From assembly GCA_951406725.2 (NCBI GenBank), contig OX597819.1:73346001-73410000 (forward strand): 64,000 nucleotides of DNA, in the 5' to 3' direction. Source of the stretch: Octopus vulgaris (Eukaryota). Position 1 is the stretch's first letter. Each line of letters opens with the position of its first letter. This document shows, one piece after another, positions 1-12,930 of the stretch. A program made the translations under genes and the position numbers. The notes beneath the pieces are model-generated. The model was not told the origin of the DNA. It saw only the letters and a program-made list of their open reading frames with translations, and did not search any database.

Positions 1-36
1 TATATATATATATATATATACATATACACACACACA

Positions 37-2817
37 CAGGTACATAATCCTTTATCCAGAAATCTAAAATCCGAAAAGCACCAAAAACTGAGTTTATTTG
101 CGGAAGGTGGAGCACATCATAATGAGTCATTTGGTGTGCAAACAGTTGACCACTGTGACCTGACTCACCCAGGTATAATGTGGTAACACTTGGCAGATTG
201 ACCGCCATTTACCACCAAGCATCAAATGTGGCTCACTACTTGTAGAGAGGTGTCCATTTGCTGTTTGATGTCTTCGTGTTGTTTCTTGTGACTTAGTATA
301 GAATTTACCCTGGAGATGTCAAAAAGAACTGCAGAGACCCTAATGGATAACAGTAAGAAAAAGAAAAGGAAACATCATTATTAATAATGGAGAAAGTGGA
401 GCCACTACAGAAACTTGATCATGGTGGGTCTGTGCAGCGGCTCACTGAAGAATATGGTGTTGGAACTAGCACTGTGTATGATTTACAGAATAGTGAGAGT
501 GGTGGTCACAAACTAATGAAAATAGAAAACATTACATAGGGCAAAAAACGAAGATTTTTGATCGTGCAGTGATAGAATGGATTCAATAATGAAGAAGGGA
601 AGATATGTCACTGAATGGTTTGTTGGTCATGAAACAAGCTGGAATATAGTATAAAAAACTGAACATTGAAGGAGAATATCAATATTCAGAAGTGTCATGG
701 TGTAAAATATCTGAAAATCAGTGGTGAAAAAGTTTCTGCTGATTATGAAGCTGTGGAAAATTATAAAGACAAATTTGCCAAGATCATATCTAATGAAAAC
801 CTTTCTCTTGAACAAATTTATAATGCTGATAAAACAGCTTTGTACAGGTGCTATGTGCCAAGAAAATCCTTAACAATGGCAGATGAGATAGCACCGACAG
901 GTTTTAAGGATGCTAAGGAAAGGTTAACTATCCTTGGGTATTTTAATGCTGCAGGCACGCACAAGGTGAAGTCGGCAGACATTGAGAAAAGCCAACATCT
1001 GAGATGTCTGAATAGCATAGTTAATTTACCTGTGCATTATTACACAAAGAAGAAAGATTGGGTAACCCCGAAAATTATTTTCTGACTGGTTCAATAATTA
1101 CTTTGTACCAATGGCATGAACTCATTGTAGGAAAGCTGGACTAGAAGAAGACTAAAATTCTATTGTTCCTGGACAACTGCTCCTATTTGCCTCCCAATGT
1201 GACAACTATTTTACAGCCTTGTGACCAAGGAATTTTACACTCCACGAGGAGCAACTATAAAAATAATTTTACAAGCTGTGTGCTTGATGCAGTTAACAAA
1301 GGATTAAGAAAGCAAGACTACCTGAAAGAGTTCCCTGTCAAGGATACCATCTACGCAGTTGCAAATGCTTGGAATCATCACCATCATTGTCGTTTAACGT
1401 CTGCTTTCCATACTGGCATGGGTTGGATGAGGATTGGTGAGCCAGGAGGCTGCACCAGGCTCCAATCTGATCTGGCAAAGTTTCTACAGATGGATGCTCT
1501 TCCTAACGCCAACCACTCCAAGAGTATAGAGTGTGCTTTTACATGCCACCAGCATGAGAGCCAGTCAGGCAGTACTGGCAACAACCACGCTCAAAAGGTG
1601 TTTTTTACATGCCACCTGCATGGGAACCAATCCGGTGGCACTGGCAACGACCACGTTCGAATGTTGCTTTTCCCATGCCACCAGCACGTGTCAGTAAGGT
1701 GACACTCACAACGATCACGCTCGAATGGTACTTTTTACGTGCCACTGGCATGGGAGCCAGTTAGCGGCTCTGGCAATGATCACACTCAAATGGTGCTTTT
1801 AATGTTCCACTGGCACAGAAACAAATACCTGACATAGAATATGGCCAATAATGATGTTTGATGATTTTGTGTCGCTAATGAGAAGATACTAGAATTCGTA
1901 ACTTATGCTAAAAGTTTATCGTGCAGGAGCATAAGTGATCTAGAAGAAGTGGACATTGAAGAAATGCTTAGCATTGACAATGACGCATCTGTTGTGCATT
2001 CTTTGAGTGATGGGGAAATTGCTGAAATGGTGTTAAATATGGATAAGAATGAAGACAGTAGTGATGATGATACAGAGAACACAGGCGAAAAAATTCCTAT
2101 ACACAATATGGTGAAAATTTGTGAACAGTTAATAGCTGGCCTAGAACAATGTGTATTTATCAGTGAGCAGCAGATTATGGGAGTTTACTCAAAGAGACAT
2201 TGCTTAGACAAAAACCTTTGTTAATGAAACAGATGGCACTTGAAGAAGTCTTTAAAAATGCCTTCTCGTCAAGCTAATTCATCACTTCAGAATCCCGTTC
2301 CTGGCTCATCATTGGAAGTTTGCCTGCAACCTGACGACAACATTGGTGACACTGACAGACCCTGTTCTACAACTTAACTGCAGCTACACATTTAGCCTAG
2401 TTTAAACCAGTTTATGGCACTCACATATGAATAAACTGTAATGCCAGTTATGATCTTTCTTTATTCAAATTAGTGTAAATACCCATGTGTCTCTATCTAC
2501 AGAAATATTATGGTAATGTATATACCTGTAGTCGTGAATCATGTATTTTTGTTTTAAATTATCCCAATAAATGTATTTTGCTATTTATGATCTTAATTAT
2601 CTCACTAATTAATTTACCATTATATTACTCTACAATTATTTATTTTTCCCACTGATTGTGAGTACATACACATGTACTTTTGTTACCATAGTAGGACATC
2701 CGTTTTGATGTCGAATTTATAATCTGGGGCAGTTGGCTTTTGTTCTGAAATCCAAAAGAATCTGAAATTCGAAACACAACTGTCCCAAAGGGTTCCAGAT
2801 AAAGGATTATGTAGCTG
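37..2817 (+). mobile_element. Tigger/pogo (Jerky/TIGD-like) DNA transposon, full-length but decayed
   Basis: Left TIR caggtacataatcctttatccag (from 37) matches the reverse complement of the right end (cagctacataatcctttatctgg, ending 2817, followed by TA). Broken transposase from ATG ~316 to ~2224 with pogo DDE motifs (QIYNADKTAL, KERLTIL..NAAGTHK, FLDNCS, LPPNVTTILQPCDQGI). Confidence 0.9.
1376..1820 (-). mobile_element. 3' UTR/tail fragment of an RTE-type LINE, inserted into the Tigger transposase
   Basis: (CAT)n tail, cgtttaacgtc...ggatgctcttcctaacgccaaccac and tandem units, as in the RTE copies at 14248 and 62881. It interrupts the transposase after AVANAWN. Confidence 0.8.
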
Positions 2818-3497
2818 TATGTATATATCATCATCATCATCATCATCATTTAACGTCCATTTTCCATGCTGCATGAATTGAATGGTCTGACAGGAGCTGA
2901 CCACAGCCCATTACTGTTTTGGCATGGTTTCTATGGCTGGAAGCCCTTTCTAACAGCTAACACTACAACAAGCTTCTTTCTGTTTCCATCCACCAAAGCC
3001 ACACACATGGCTTTGGTAAGCCTGAAGCTATGGAAGAAGACATTTGCCCAAGGTGTCATGCTGTGGGACTGAACCGGAACCATGTGATTGAGAAGCCAGC
3101 CTCCCACCACACACCCATATTATCTAAATTATTTTAAAATAAATAATATAATAATTATTTCTACTCTAGGCACATTGACCCCAGTATGCAACTGTTACTT
3201 TATTCATCAACCCTGAAAGGAAGAAAGGTAAAGTCGACCTCAGTGGAATTTGAACTCAGAACATAAAGACAGATGAAATGACGCTAAGCATTTCTCCCGG
3301 TGCAATAATAAATAATAATGATTTTTAACAAAGGTACAGGTGCGGCTGTATGCTTCATGAAGCTTCCTTTCCAATCACATGATTCTGGAATCAATCTCAC
3401 TGTGTGACATTTTGAGTAAATGTTTTTGTTCAGTGGACAGAAACTAAGCCTGCAGGGAACGGGTTTATGTATGTGTGTGTGTGTCTCTCTCTCTCAT

Positions 3498-3877
3498 GGA
3501 GGCATAATGGCCTAGTGGTTAGGGCAGCGAACTTGCAGTCGTAAGATCGCGGTTTTGATTACTAGACCGAGTGTTGTGAGTGTTTATTGAGTGAAAACAC
3601 ATGAAGCTCAACGAGGTTCTGGCAGGGGGTGGTGGCGAACCCTACTGTACTCTTTCACCACAACTTTCTCTCACTTTTTTCTTCCTGTTTCTGTTGTACC
3701 TGTATTTCAAAGGGCCAACCTTGTCACACTCTGTGTCACGCTGAATCTCCCCAAGAACTACATTAAGGGTACATGTGCCTGTGGAGTGCTCAGCCACTTG
3801 CATGTTAATCTCATGAGCAGGCTGTTCTGTTGATTGGATCAACTGGAACCCTCGTCGTCATAACCGATGGAATGCCA
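3498..3877 (+). mobile_element. tRNA-derived SINE, family C
   Basis: Head with A box tggcctagtgg and B-box-like ggttttgatt. The 3' part is shared with the elements at 39528 and 58020. Confidence 0.75.
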
Positions 3878-4026
3878 TGCAACGTCATGATGAAGAAAGA
3901 CAAAAATACACACACACAAGCCTGGTACTTATTCTATCAGCTTATTTAACCAAACCTTTTAAGATGTGAGGACATAAACAAACCAACACTGGTTGTCAAG
4001 CAGTGGTAGGGGACAAACACATACAC

Positions 4027-4085
<59 letters not shown>

Positions 4086-4673
4086 GCATAACAAGCTTCC
4101 ACACTTTCCATCTACCAAGGCTTTAGTTGGTCTGAGGTTATAGAAGATACTTGCCCAAGGTATCACACAATGAGACTGAACCTGGAACCATGTAGTTGGG
4201 AAGAAGTTTCTTACTACACAGTCATGCTGTACCTGTAAGCCACACTATATATATGTGTGTGCCAGTGACATGTAAAAGGTACCCATTACACTCTTGGAGT
4301 AGTTGGTGTTAGGAAGGGCATCCAGCCATAGAAACCTTGCCAAATCAGACTGGAACCTGGTACAGCACTCTGGCTCACCAGTTCTGGTCAAACTGTCTCA
4401 CCCATGCCAGCATGAAAAGTGGATGCTAAATGATGATATATATATATATATGTGTATATATATATAGGTATGTATGTATGTATAATACAAGAAGATGGAA
4501 TGAACAGGCTTTAATCCAAACCACAACAATTATCATCAGGTGACACAGTATGTGTGTGTATGAATACACACACACACATACTAAAAGATAGAGATAGGGA
4601 TATGACAGAAAATATCTGTGAATGGGTTATAAAGAGCAATGAAGGACTAAGATAAAAGAAGAAACAGCCTCAC

Positions 4674-4738
4674 CAAGATTGTCTGGTTGACCAACATTGA
4701 AACCGTGATCAAATGCCATATGGTTGAATAGTTCAGAT
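4674..4738 (-). CDS. ZNF277: Zinc finger protein 277, coding exon 6 (R)SELFNHMAFDHGFNVGQPDNL(V)
   Basis: 65 nt with cag acceptor and gtgagg donor, phase 2 to 1. Resembles vertebrate ZNF277 SVILNHMAREHAFNIGLPDNIV as recalled. Confidence 0.9.
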
Positions 4739-4795
4739 CTGAAGAGAGAAGAGACAATGAAAGAGGGAAAAAAAACAATAAGGTAGAGAAGGAAA

Positions 4796-4797
<2 letters not shown>

Positions 4798-4884
<87 letters not shown>
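4798..4884. repeat. (AG)n microsatellite
   Basis: Pure dinucleotide run just upstream (minus strand) of the exon 6 acceptor. Confidence 0.95.
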
Positions 4885-4887
<3 letters not shown>

Positions 4888-5268
4888 CTGACACATTCAA
4901 AAGACCATCTACCCATTAAATACCCGGAAGTAATTTTGCTCACTATTGGATGTCTAATAACATATCCAGTCTGTTGTCTGTACTAATTTAAGATCAGAGT
5001 TCATTAATATTGATCATTAAGCTAATCTTCCATCTTTTACTTATTTCAATCATTAAATTGTGGTCTTGCTGGGGCCTTGAAGAATCTTAGTCAAGCAAAT
5101 CCATCCCAGTACTTATTTTTTTTAAAGCCTGGTGTTTTTTCTATTGGTGTCTTTTGCTGAACCGCTAAGTTACAGGAATGAAAACACACCAACACTGGTT
5201 GTCAAGTGATGGTGGGGGACAAATACAGATACAGAGGTATACACACACCAATATATATTTATGATGAG

Positions 5269-5499
5269 GGCGGCGAGCTGGCAGAATCGTTAGCATGCCA
5301 AGCAAAATGCTTAGCGATATTTTGTCTGCCATTATGTTCTGAGTTGAAATTCTGTCAAGGTTGACTTTGCCTTTCATCCTTCCAGGGTCAATTAAATAAG
5401 TACCAGTTGTGCACTGGGGCCGATGTAATCGACTTAATCCCTTTACCTGTCCTTGTTTGTCTCCTCTATGTTTAGCCCCCTGTGGGCTATAAAGAAATA
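5269..5499 (+). mobile_element. tRNA-derived SINE, family A, nested in a family-B SINE
   Basis: Head ggcggcgagctggcagaatcgttagc and tail tagccccctgtgggctataaagaaata. 17-bp TSD aatatatatttat(g/a)atg at 5250-5266 and 5496-5512. Other copies near 3157, 6484, 7448, 9647, 31140, 33775, 34370, 40935, 43681, 49310 and 53755. Confidence 0.85.
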
Positions 5500-6970
5500 T
5501 ATATTTATAATGGATTTCTCTCAGTTTTCATCTACTAAATCCACTCATAAGGTTTTGGTTGGCCCAAGGATACAGAAGAAGACATTTGCCCAGGGTGCCA
5601 CGCAGTGGGACTGAACCCAGAACCCTGTGATTGGGAAGCAAGCTTCTTACAACACGGTCATGCTGACATGTAAAGTTTTTTCTTCCTTGTCACAAAAGTA
5701 ATTTGAAATAATTATATTTTTCTTCCTCTCTCCAATAAGTATGTCTTTAACTTGACTTTTAGTGTGAATATTATTTCTGAGAGGCTACTGAAAAGATATG
5801 GTCCAAGAACTGGACTGTCACTAATTAGGAGTCTTTTAAACCCTTTTGATACCACTTTTCTGTCGAAATATACGGACTTTGTATCAATAAATTTCAAAAA
5901 CAATGAGGAATTTAATAAAATAACTTTGTCATTATTACCCCATTGTCAGCCATGAGCTCCATTTAGGGATCTGCTAAAAACAGTCTCAATGCCGGTTGTT
6001 CATTGTATTCAAAGTGAATTGCTTATGTACACTGCATTTGCAGAGGTGTGTTTAACGAGATTTAGTAATGAAAGTTTGTCATTATCAGCTCTAGCTAATT
6101 CCAGAGGACATTTTATGTCATAAATCGCAATTTTTGAACTACAAAAAAATATTGACCATTTTAAAAACGTCATTTTTTTTTTCTTTTTTGCATTTCCCAT
6201 CCATATCATTCATTGATATTTCATACACATTCGTATTTGATACAATAGTTTAAAAAAAAACTAAAATGTTTATTATTGCAATTGAATAGAAACGGATAAA
6301 TATGCTTCTTCTCAGCGATCCCCATTTGGGACTTTTCGAAAAAATTTATCATAATTTCCAAAATAATTCATATATGAAGAAAATTTAAATACTTTATATT
6401 ATTTTAACTCCTAAGACACCTGGCAAAGTAAAAAAAATATGAATAAAAAAATTTGGTAGTTAATGGGTTAGCTGGTGTTTAAAGGTAGTCAGCTGGCAGA
6501 ATGCTTAACAAGCAGAGCAAAATGTTTAGCTGCATTACCATCTGTCTTGAAGTTTTGAGTTCAAATTTCACCAAGGTTGACTTTGCCTTTCATCCTTTCA
6601 GGGTCGATAAAAGAAGTACCAGTTGCTTACTAGGGTTGACGTAATTGACTAATACCCTACCCTGAAATTGCTGGCCTTGTGCCTAAAGCTGGTGTTTTGA
6701 ACATAAATAGGAAATTTTAATTTAGTTCACTTTCAAACAGTAAGTTTGCATCATAGAACCAGAGGCAGTTCCAGGCAAAACGGTGTCATTTCCAGAATAC
6801 CATCCTACTCCTTGTGTTCCTTAATCATCTCCTTTGTTTGGTTCAGTTTTCTATGGTCAGCTTTCACTTCTGCTTATGTCTTCCTTGGTCCATCCTCTTC
6901 AATTGGATCCTTCCACATAAATCTGGCACTTTTACACTCACTTATCATCCATACAACTGACCCCTCTTAA

Positions 6971-7193
6971 CCCTTTCAATACCAACCAGCCTGAAACTGC
7001 CTCTGGCTCTGTAATACAAATGTCTTGTTTTCAAAAGTTTTGAATTAAAATCTTCCACCAAACCTTAGTCACAATTTATGTTCCTAACACTAGCTTAATG
7101 ATAACCTAAGTTATTTTACTAAATTCTTTGTTTTATTTAAAATCAATTGAAAGAAACACAGAACATCTCTACAGAAATATGGTAACAAATGGG
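6971..7193. mobile_element. piggyBac-like MITE
   Basis: TTAA on both sides (6967-6970, 7194-7197) with short TIRs cccttt..acc / ggt..ggg. Related copies at 14212-15778 (split), 15924-16701 (split), ~40010-40190 and ~49554-49770. Confidence 0.75.
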
Positions 7194-7849
7194 TTAAACC
7201 CAGATTTTCTCTCAGCTCATTCTATTCCTCAATGCTTCATCATAACATTACACATCCAGTGAACCAGGCTTTCTTTCTTTCTTTTCAACTTTTGCAAATC
7301 CTCCACAGTCAAAGGCAGCTGGTACACAACCATCATACAATCTACCCTTCACTTGGGGGTGGAGAGAGAGAGAGAAAGAGAGAGAGAATACCCTTGTCCT
7401 TAAAGGTAACAATTCTCTCCTGAACTTTTCCCATCCCATTCTAATTCTTATTTATTTATTGCCCACAAGGGGTTAAACACAGAGGGGACAAACAAGGACA
7501 GACAAAGGGATTAAGTCGATTACATCGACCCCAGTGCATAACTGGTACTTAATTTATCAACCCCGAAAGGATGAAAGGCAAAGTCAACCTCAGTAGTATT
7601 TGAACTCTGAACGTAACGGCATATGAAATACTGCTAAGCATTTTGCTTGGTGTGCTAATGTTTCTGCCAGCTCGCTGCCTTAAATTCTAATTCTGGCCAC
7701 CACCATCACACTTTCAATACACTCTCCCCAACTGCTGATTAAGTTACCTAGGTAACAGAAGCTATCAATTATTCTGTAAAGTCTTCTGAACATTATTGAC
7801 AGCTTTTAATCATTCTGCTAATATACACAATGTGATGTGGTAGTCTTAC

Positions 7850-7941
7850 CTATTGCCTAAGAAATGTTCTCTGCAGAAGAGACAATCTCTGGAGAAAGTT
7901 TGATCTGTTCTTTCTTTCTGTTGCACTTCTAAAGCAGTTTC
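7850..7941 (-). CDS. ZNF277: ZNF277 coding exon 5 ETALEVQQKERTDQTFSRDCLFCREHFLGN(R)
   Basis: 92 nt with ttttag acceptor and gtaaga donor, phase 0 to 2. Carries the CxxC of a C2H2 finger, like ZNF277 EQQQQERNDTNFHGVCMFCNEEFLGNR. Confidence 0.92.
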
Positions 7942-8857
7942 CTAAAATACAACAGAAATATAACATAAATAAATATAAAATATAACAAACAAATATAACA
8001 TAGATAAATAAATAAATAGACACAGGTGTGGCTGTGTGGTTCAGTACTTTGCTTCCCAACCACAAGGTTTTAGGATCAGTTTCACAGTGAGGAACCTTTG
8101 CAAGTGCTTTCTATTATAGCTCTAGGCCAACTAATGTCTTGTGAGTACATTTGATAAATGGAACCTAAGAGAAGCCTGTTGTATATTGTGTGTGTGCTCT
8201 TGTCTTGACACCCACTATGTAAATGAACCAACAGTCACTTTTATTCTTCTCTATCAATAAACTAGAATAGCCATCATTGTTTAACGTCCATTTTCCCTGC
8301 AGGTATGAGTTGCACAGTTTGACACAAGCCGGCAAGGCCAGCAGCTGCCCCAGGTTGTCTGTTTTGGTAGGGTCTCTATGGCTGGATGCCCTTCCTAATG
8401 CCAAACACTTTACAGAGTGTTACAGATAGTCTTACATCACTACATCAGGAGCATAAGGCCAGTTTCCTGGTTTCTCTGGTGTACACATATTCCTCCCTGG
8501 ATGGACTCATTTTTACCAGATGAGTGGATAAGAGCAATGTGAAAGGACATGTTTTGCTCAAGAACACAAAGTATTACCTGGTCCAGGAATTGAAACCACA
8601 ATCTTGTGATTATGAGTCCAACACCTTAACCACTGAGCCATGTGCCACCAACTCTACAGAGTGTATTGTCATCTGACACCAGGGTTACCAAGTAACTTGC
8701 AAGACAAAATTCCTCCAACAGGGAGGATGGAGTAGTATTAAAGGAATACGGCTTTGTACCAGTTGAGAGATTTAAGGTATATAGGGGACAGATATAGGTG
8801 TCTTTCTGTAGAGTAGATACATGGATACCCCAGTCAGAAAGCAGAGAATATATATTA

Positions 8858-9240
8858 TTCTTTACTCTTTTACTTGTTTCAGTCGTTTGACTGTGGCCAT
8901 GCTGAAGCACCGCATGTAGTCAAGCAAATCGACCCCAGAGCTTATTCTTTGTAAGCCTAGTACTTATTCTATCGGTCTCTTTTGCTGAACTGCTAAGTTA
9001 CAGGGACTTAAACACACCAGCATTGGTTATCAAGCGATGTTGGGGGGAGAGACACAGACACACATATACATACATATATACGGGCTTCTTTCAGTTTCCG
9101 TCTATCAAATCCACTCACAAGGCTTTGGTCAGCCTGAGGCTATAATAGAAAACACTTGCTCAAAGTGCCACGCAGTAGGACTGAACCCAGAACCATGTGG
9201 TTCGTAAGCAAGCTACTTACCACACAGCCACTCCTACGCC
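8858..9240 (-). mobile_element. tRNA-derived SINE, family B (CORE-like body, internal microsatellite)
   Basis: Head ggcgtaggagtggctgtgtggtaag, B box ggttcagtcc, body ggcactttgagcaagtg, tail gactgaaacaagtaaaagag. Many copies in the window. Confidence 0.85.
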
Positions 9241-9263
9241 TATATATATATATATATATAATA

Positions 9264-9502
9264 TAAAGGATTGAGAATGGACAGCTCAAATTTTTTGCTA
9301 CATGAGCTTCATAGCATGACCGTTTAGTCAATAATGCATACACTACACATTACATAACTTTACATTATTGTGTAAAAACACATAATGATGCTCATGCAAT
9401 AATGTAATGTTCTATAATATATAATATACACATTATGGAATAAATAGCCATGCTATGGAAACACATGTAGCATAAAAATTTGAGCTGTCCATTCTTTCTT
9501 TA
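9264..9502. repeat. Palindromic MITE-like element
   Basis: ~65-bp imperfect inverted arms (agaatggacagctcaaatttt...ctacatg / catgtagc...aaatttgagctgtccattct). Confidence 0.75.
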
Positions 9503-10229
9503 CTACATCATGCACCATGTTATATGTGCAGTGTTTTGTTGTTACATATATGGATGTAGGGGATGCTCAAGATCATTACACAATGGTTTAACACTGTACT
9601 GACAGCTACATTGATTAGTTGATTGGTTGGAAGTATTTATATGTTAATTTCTTTATTGCTCACAGGGGGCTAAACATAGAGGGGACAAACAAGGACAGAC
9701 AAAGGGATTAAGTCGATTACATTGACCCCCAGTGTGTAGCTGGTACTTATTTAATCGACCCTGAAAGGATGAAAGGCAAAGTCAACCTTCGTGGAATTTG
9801 AACTTGGAATGTAACAGCAGATGAAAAACCGCTAAGCATTTTCCCCAGGGCGCTACCCTTAGAGTATTTATATATTGTTCCCGAGTACCCTGAAGTCAAA
9901 TGTATGTTGGAGTGCTACTAAGGTAATTGCCAGGATACCCACCATGGTGGGGCCACGTAAAAAGTACCTGGGCTGGTGGCATCACATAAATAGCAGCTGG
10001 GCTGGTGGAACCACATAAAAAGCACCTGTGCTGGTGGCATCACTTAAATAGCACCTAGCACACTTTGTACAGTGGTAAGCATTAGAAAGGAGATCCAGCT
10101 GTAGAAACCAATGCAAAAGAGACAACTGCAGCCCAGTGCAGCTGTTTGGCTTGCCAGCTACTTGTCCAACTATCTAACTAATGACAGCATGAAAAACAGA
10201 TGTTAAATGATGATGATGATGATAATGAC

Positions 10230-10608
<379 letters not shown>

Positions 10609-10726
10609 TGTAAACAGAGTTAGCGGTTATAATCACCGACTAAGGGGTAAAATATCCTTATATACTACTGGTATCCGTTAGAATGCAGGTAAGAACAGGA
10701 TGAACAAGAGTTTATCAGGAAACAAA

Positions 10727-10925
10727 TACAAATAATCAGAAAATGGAGAAAACCTCATACATCGATTGGATCACATTACAGCTTATCCATGCATAACAAA
10801 TAGGTAATGTAACGTATTACGTCACCTGTTTGTTATGTCATGCTTTGTATTAAAAAATAAGCTATAAATGTGGTCCAATCGATGTTTGTTAATCTGAGGT
10901 TTTCTCCATTTTCTGATTATTTGTA
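10727..10925. repeat. Palindromic MITE-like element
   Basis: Arms tacaaataatcagaaaatggagaaaacctca / tgaggttttctccattttctgattatttgta, with further internal complementarity. Confidence 0.8.
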
Positions 10926-11148
10926 TATATATATATATATATATCAATTTGTATTCCTGTATGTTATATATTTTAATAATTACTGGTATCTTTATATATT
11001 ATATATGTAAAGCATAATATGTTATTCATGTATGTATATTGTAATTATCATTTTAGTAAATAAATAAATAGACATAATATAATGTCTAAAAGTTGATGAA
11101 TACAACCTATTGATCCCCTCCATTTTCTTATTGCTCTCTCTCTCTCTG

Positions 11149-11190
<42 letters not shown>

Positions 11191-12418
11191 TGTATTATGT
11201 ATATAACATCAAGTTACTTGACATTTGATACATCAGTGCTGGCTGAACAAATGATGTTGTTTATATCTTATAGCCAAAGTTCACTTTGGTTCAGTAGTAA
11301 ATAACCTTTAATGGACTTCAGTTAAAAAAGCAGGGGGGAAATCTTACAATATGTCGACCGTAAATAAAATAAAAGGGTCGGGGGGAAAAGAAAAACAAAG
11401 ATAGCCCTCTCCCCCCCCAAAAAAACAATGGTTGCAGTGATGATGGTGAGAATGACGAGGATTCATTAATTTAAATTCATTCACTCCTTATCTCTCTTTC
11501 TCTCTTGTGTACACTCTGGTAACCTTCACCCATCCACCAACACTGCTGGTTCTTCTTCCCCACTCCCAGCTTCTACTCACTTCATACCTCGAGTGTCCAT
11601 CCAGACACCTCATCATTTCTATCTTTATCTCTTCCCAATCCCTTAATCAACCCCTCCCTCTCTTTTAAAATGTGAGCAACCATGTGGTCCCACTACAGTA
11701 AGAAACCTGTTTTGCTCTGGCCCTTACACTCATACTTCAACTCCTCCCCTTCTCACATAAAGCCACTTCTTTTGGGGATTTCTAGATTGGTTTCTGCTAG
11801 GTCCTTGGTTCTATAAACCTAGCTGACAGTCCTCTCCACTTTCTTTAACCCACAACAAACAGTCAGGTAACCTCATCGCCACAACCAAAGCTTCTATTAC
11901 CCCCCCCTCCTCCACTCATCATCATCATCGTTTAACATCCACTTTCCATGCTGGCATGGGTTGGATGGTTTGATTGAGGTTTGGAAAGCCAGTGGCCGCA
12001 CCAGGCTCCAATCTGATCTGGCAATGTTTCTACAGCTGGATGCCCTTCCCAACGCCAACCACTCCAAGAGTGTAGTGGGTGCTTTTTATGGGCCAACGGC
12101 ACAGAAGCCAGTCAGACTGGCCTGGCATCGATCATGTTTGGATAGTGCTTTTTGACGTGCCACCGGCACGAGAGCCAGTAAGGGGGTACTGGCATTAACT
12201 ACATTCGGATGGTGCCTTTTACATGCCACAGGCACAGGAGCCAGTCAGGCACACCTGGTTATCGACCATGTTCGGATGGTGCTTTTTACTTGCCACCAGC
12301 ATAGGAGCCAGTCAGGGGACATCCGCCACAAAATGAAACTAAGCAAGAAGGAAGTTTAAAAGAAAAACATGACTGATGTCTGTTGTGTGTAATAAGAGTA
12401 TAATGAACAAGCACTCAC

Positions 12419-12501
12419 AAGTCTTTTCTTTTGTAAATACTGACGCAGGTATTTATCTTCAGGGAAGACATCAGAGAGCAAATAGTAGTTTTCTCGTTTC
12501 C
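12419..12501 (-). CDS. ZNF277: ZNF277 coding exon 4 (G)KRENYYLLSDVFPEDKYLRQYLQKKRL
   Basis: 83 nt with tgtag acceptor and gtgagt donor, phase 1 to 0. Resembles ZNF277 EQENYFLLCDVLPEDRILREELQKQRL. Confidence 0.93.
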
Positions 12502-12655
12502 CTACAATAGAAGAAGGGGATATCAATAACAGGGAAAACCTAAGGATGAAATAAGAGGTGGGTGAGTGGGTGCAAGGTTAATATGCAGGCATAAGAGCTA
12601 GTCTGGTTATGGCAACCAAAATAAATTCTATTTTTTCTTTTAAATTCATATCTAT

Positions 12656-12930
12656 CTATATATAAATTTGTAAAACAAGAACATGGAATGAACAGGCTTT
12701 AATCAAAAATCACAACAATTGAAAGCAAAGCAGTGCTATCAAAGCCATTCACCTGGTGATGTGCCAGTATACAGTTGCTGCTGGATCATATTTATTTACA
12801 TAACATTTTATGTAACAGTATGATATGGAAAACTCAGCAACAGTTGTTACCAATGCACAGAAACGATTGTTGTGATTTGTGATTAAAACCTGTTCATTCC
12901 ATCTTCTTGTTTTTAAATTTTTTTATATAG
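12656..12930 (+). mobile_element. Inverted-repeat element with a hammerhead-ribozyme-like core (probably Penelope-derived)
   Basis: ~60-bp terminal inverted arms. Internal tcac-CTGGTGA-long hairpin-GAAAC-gatt-GTT-gtga. Partial sibling at ~4486-4545. Confidence 0.6.
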
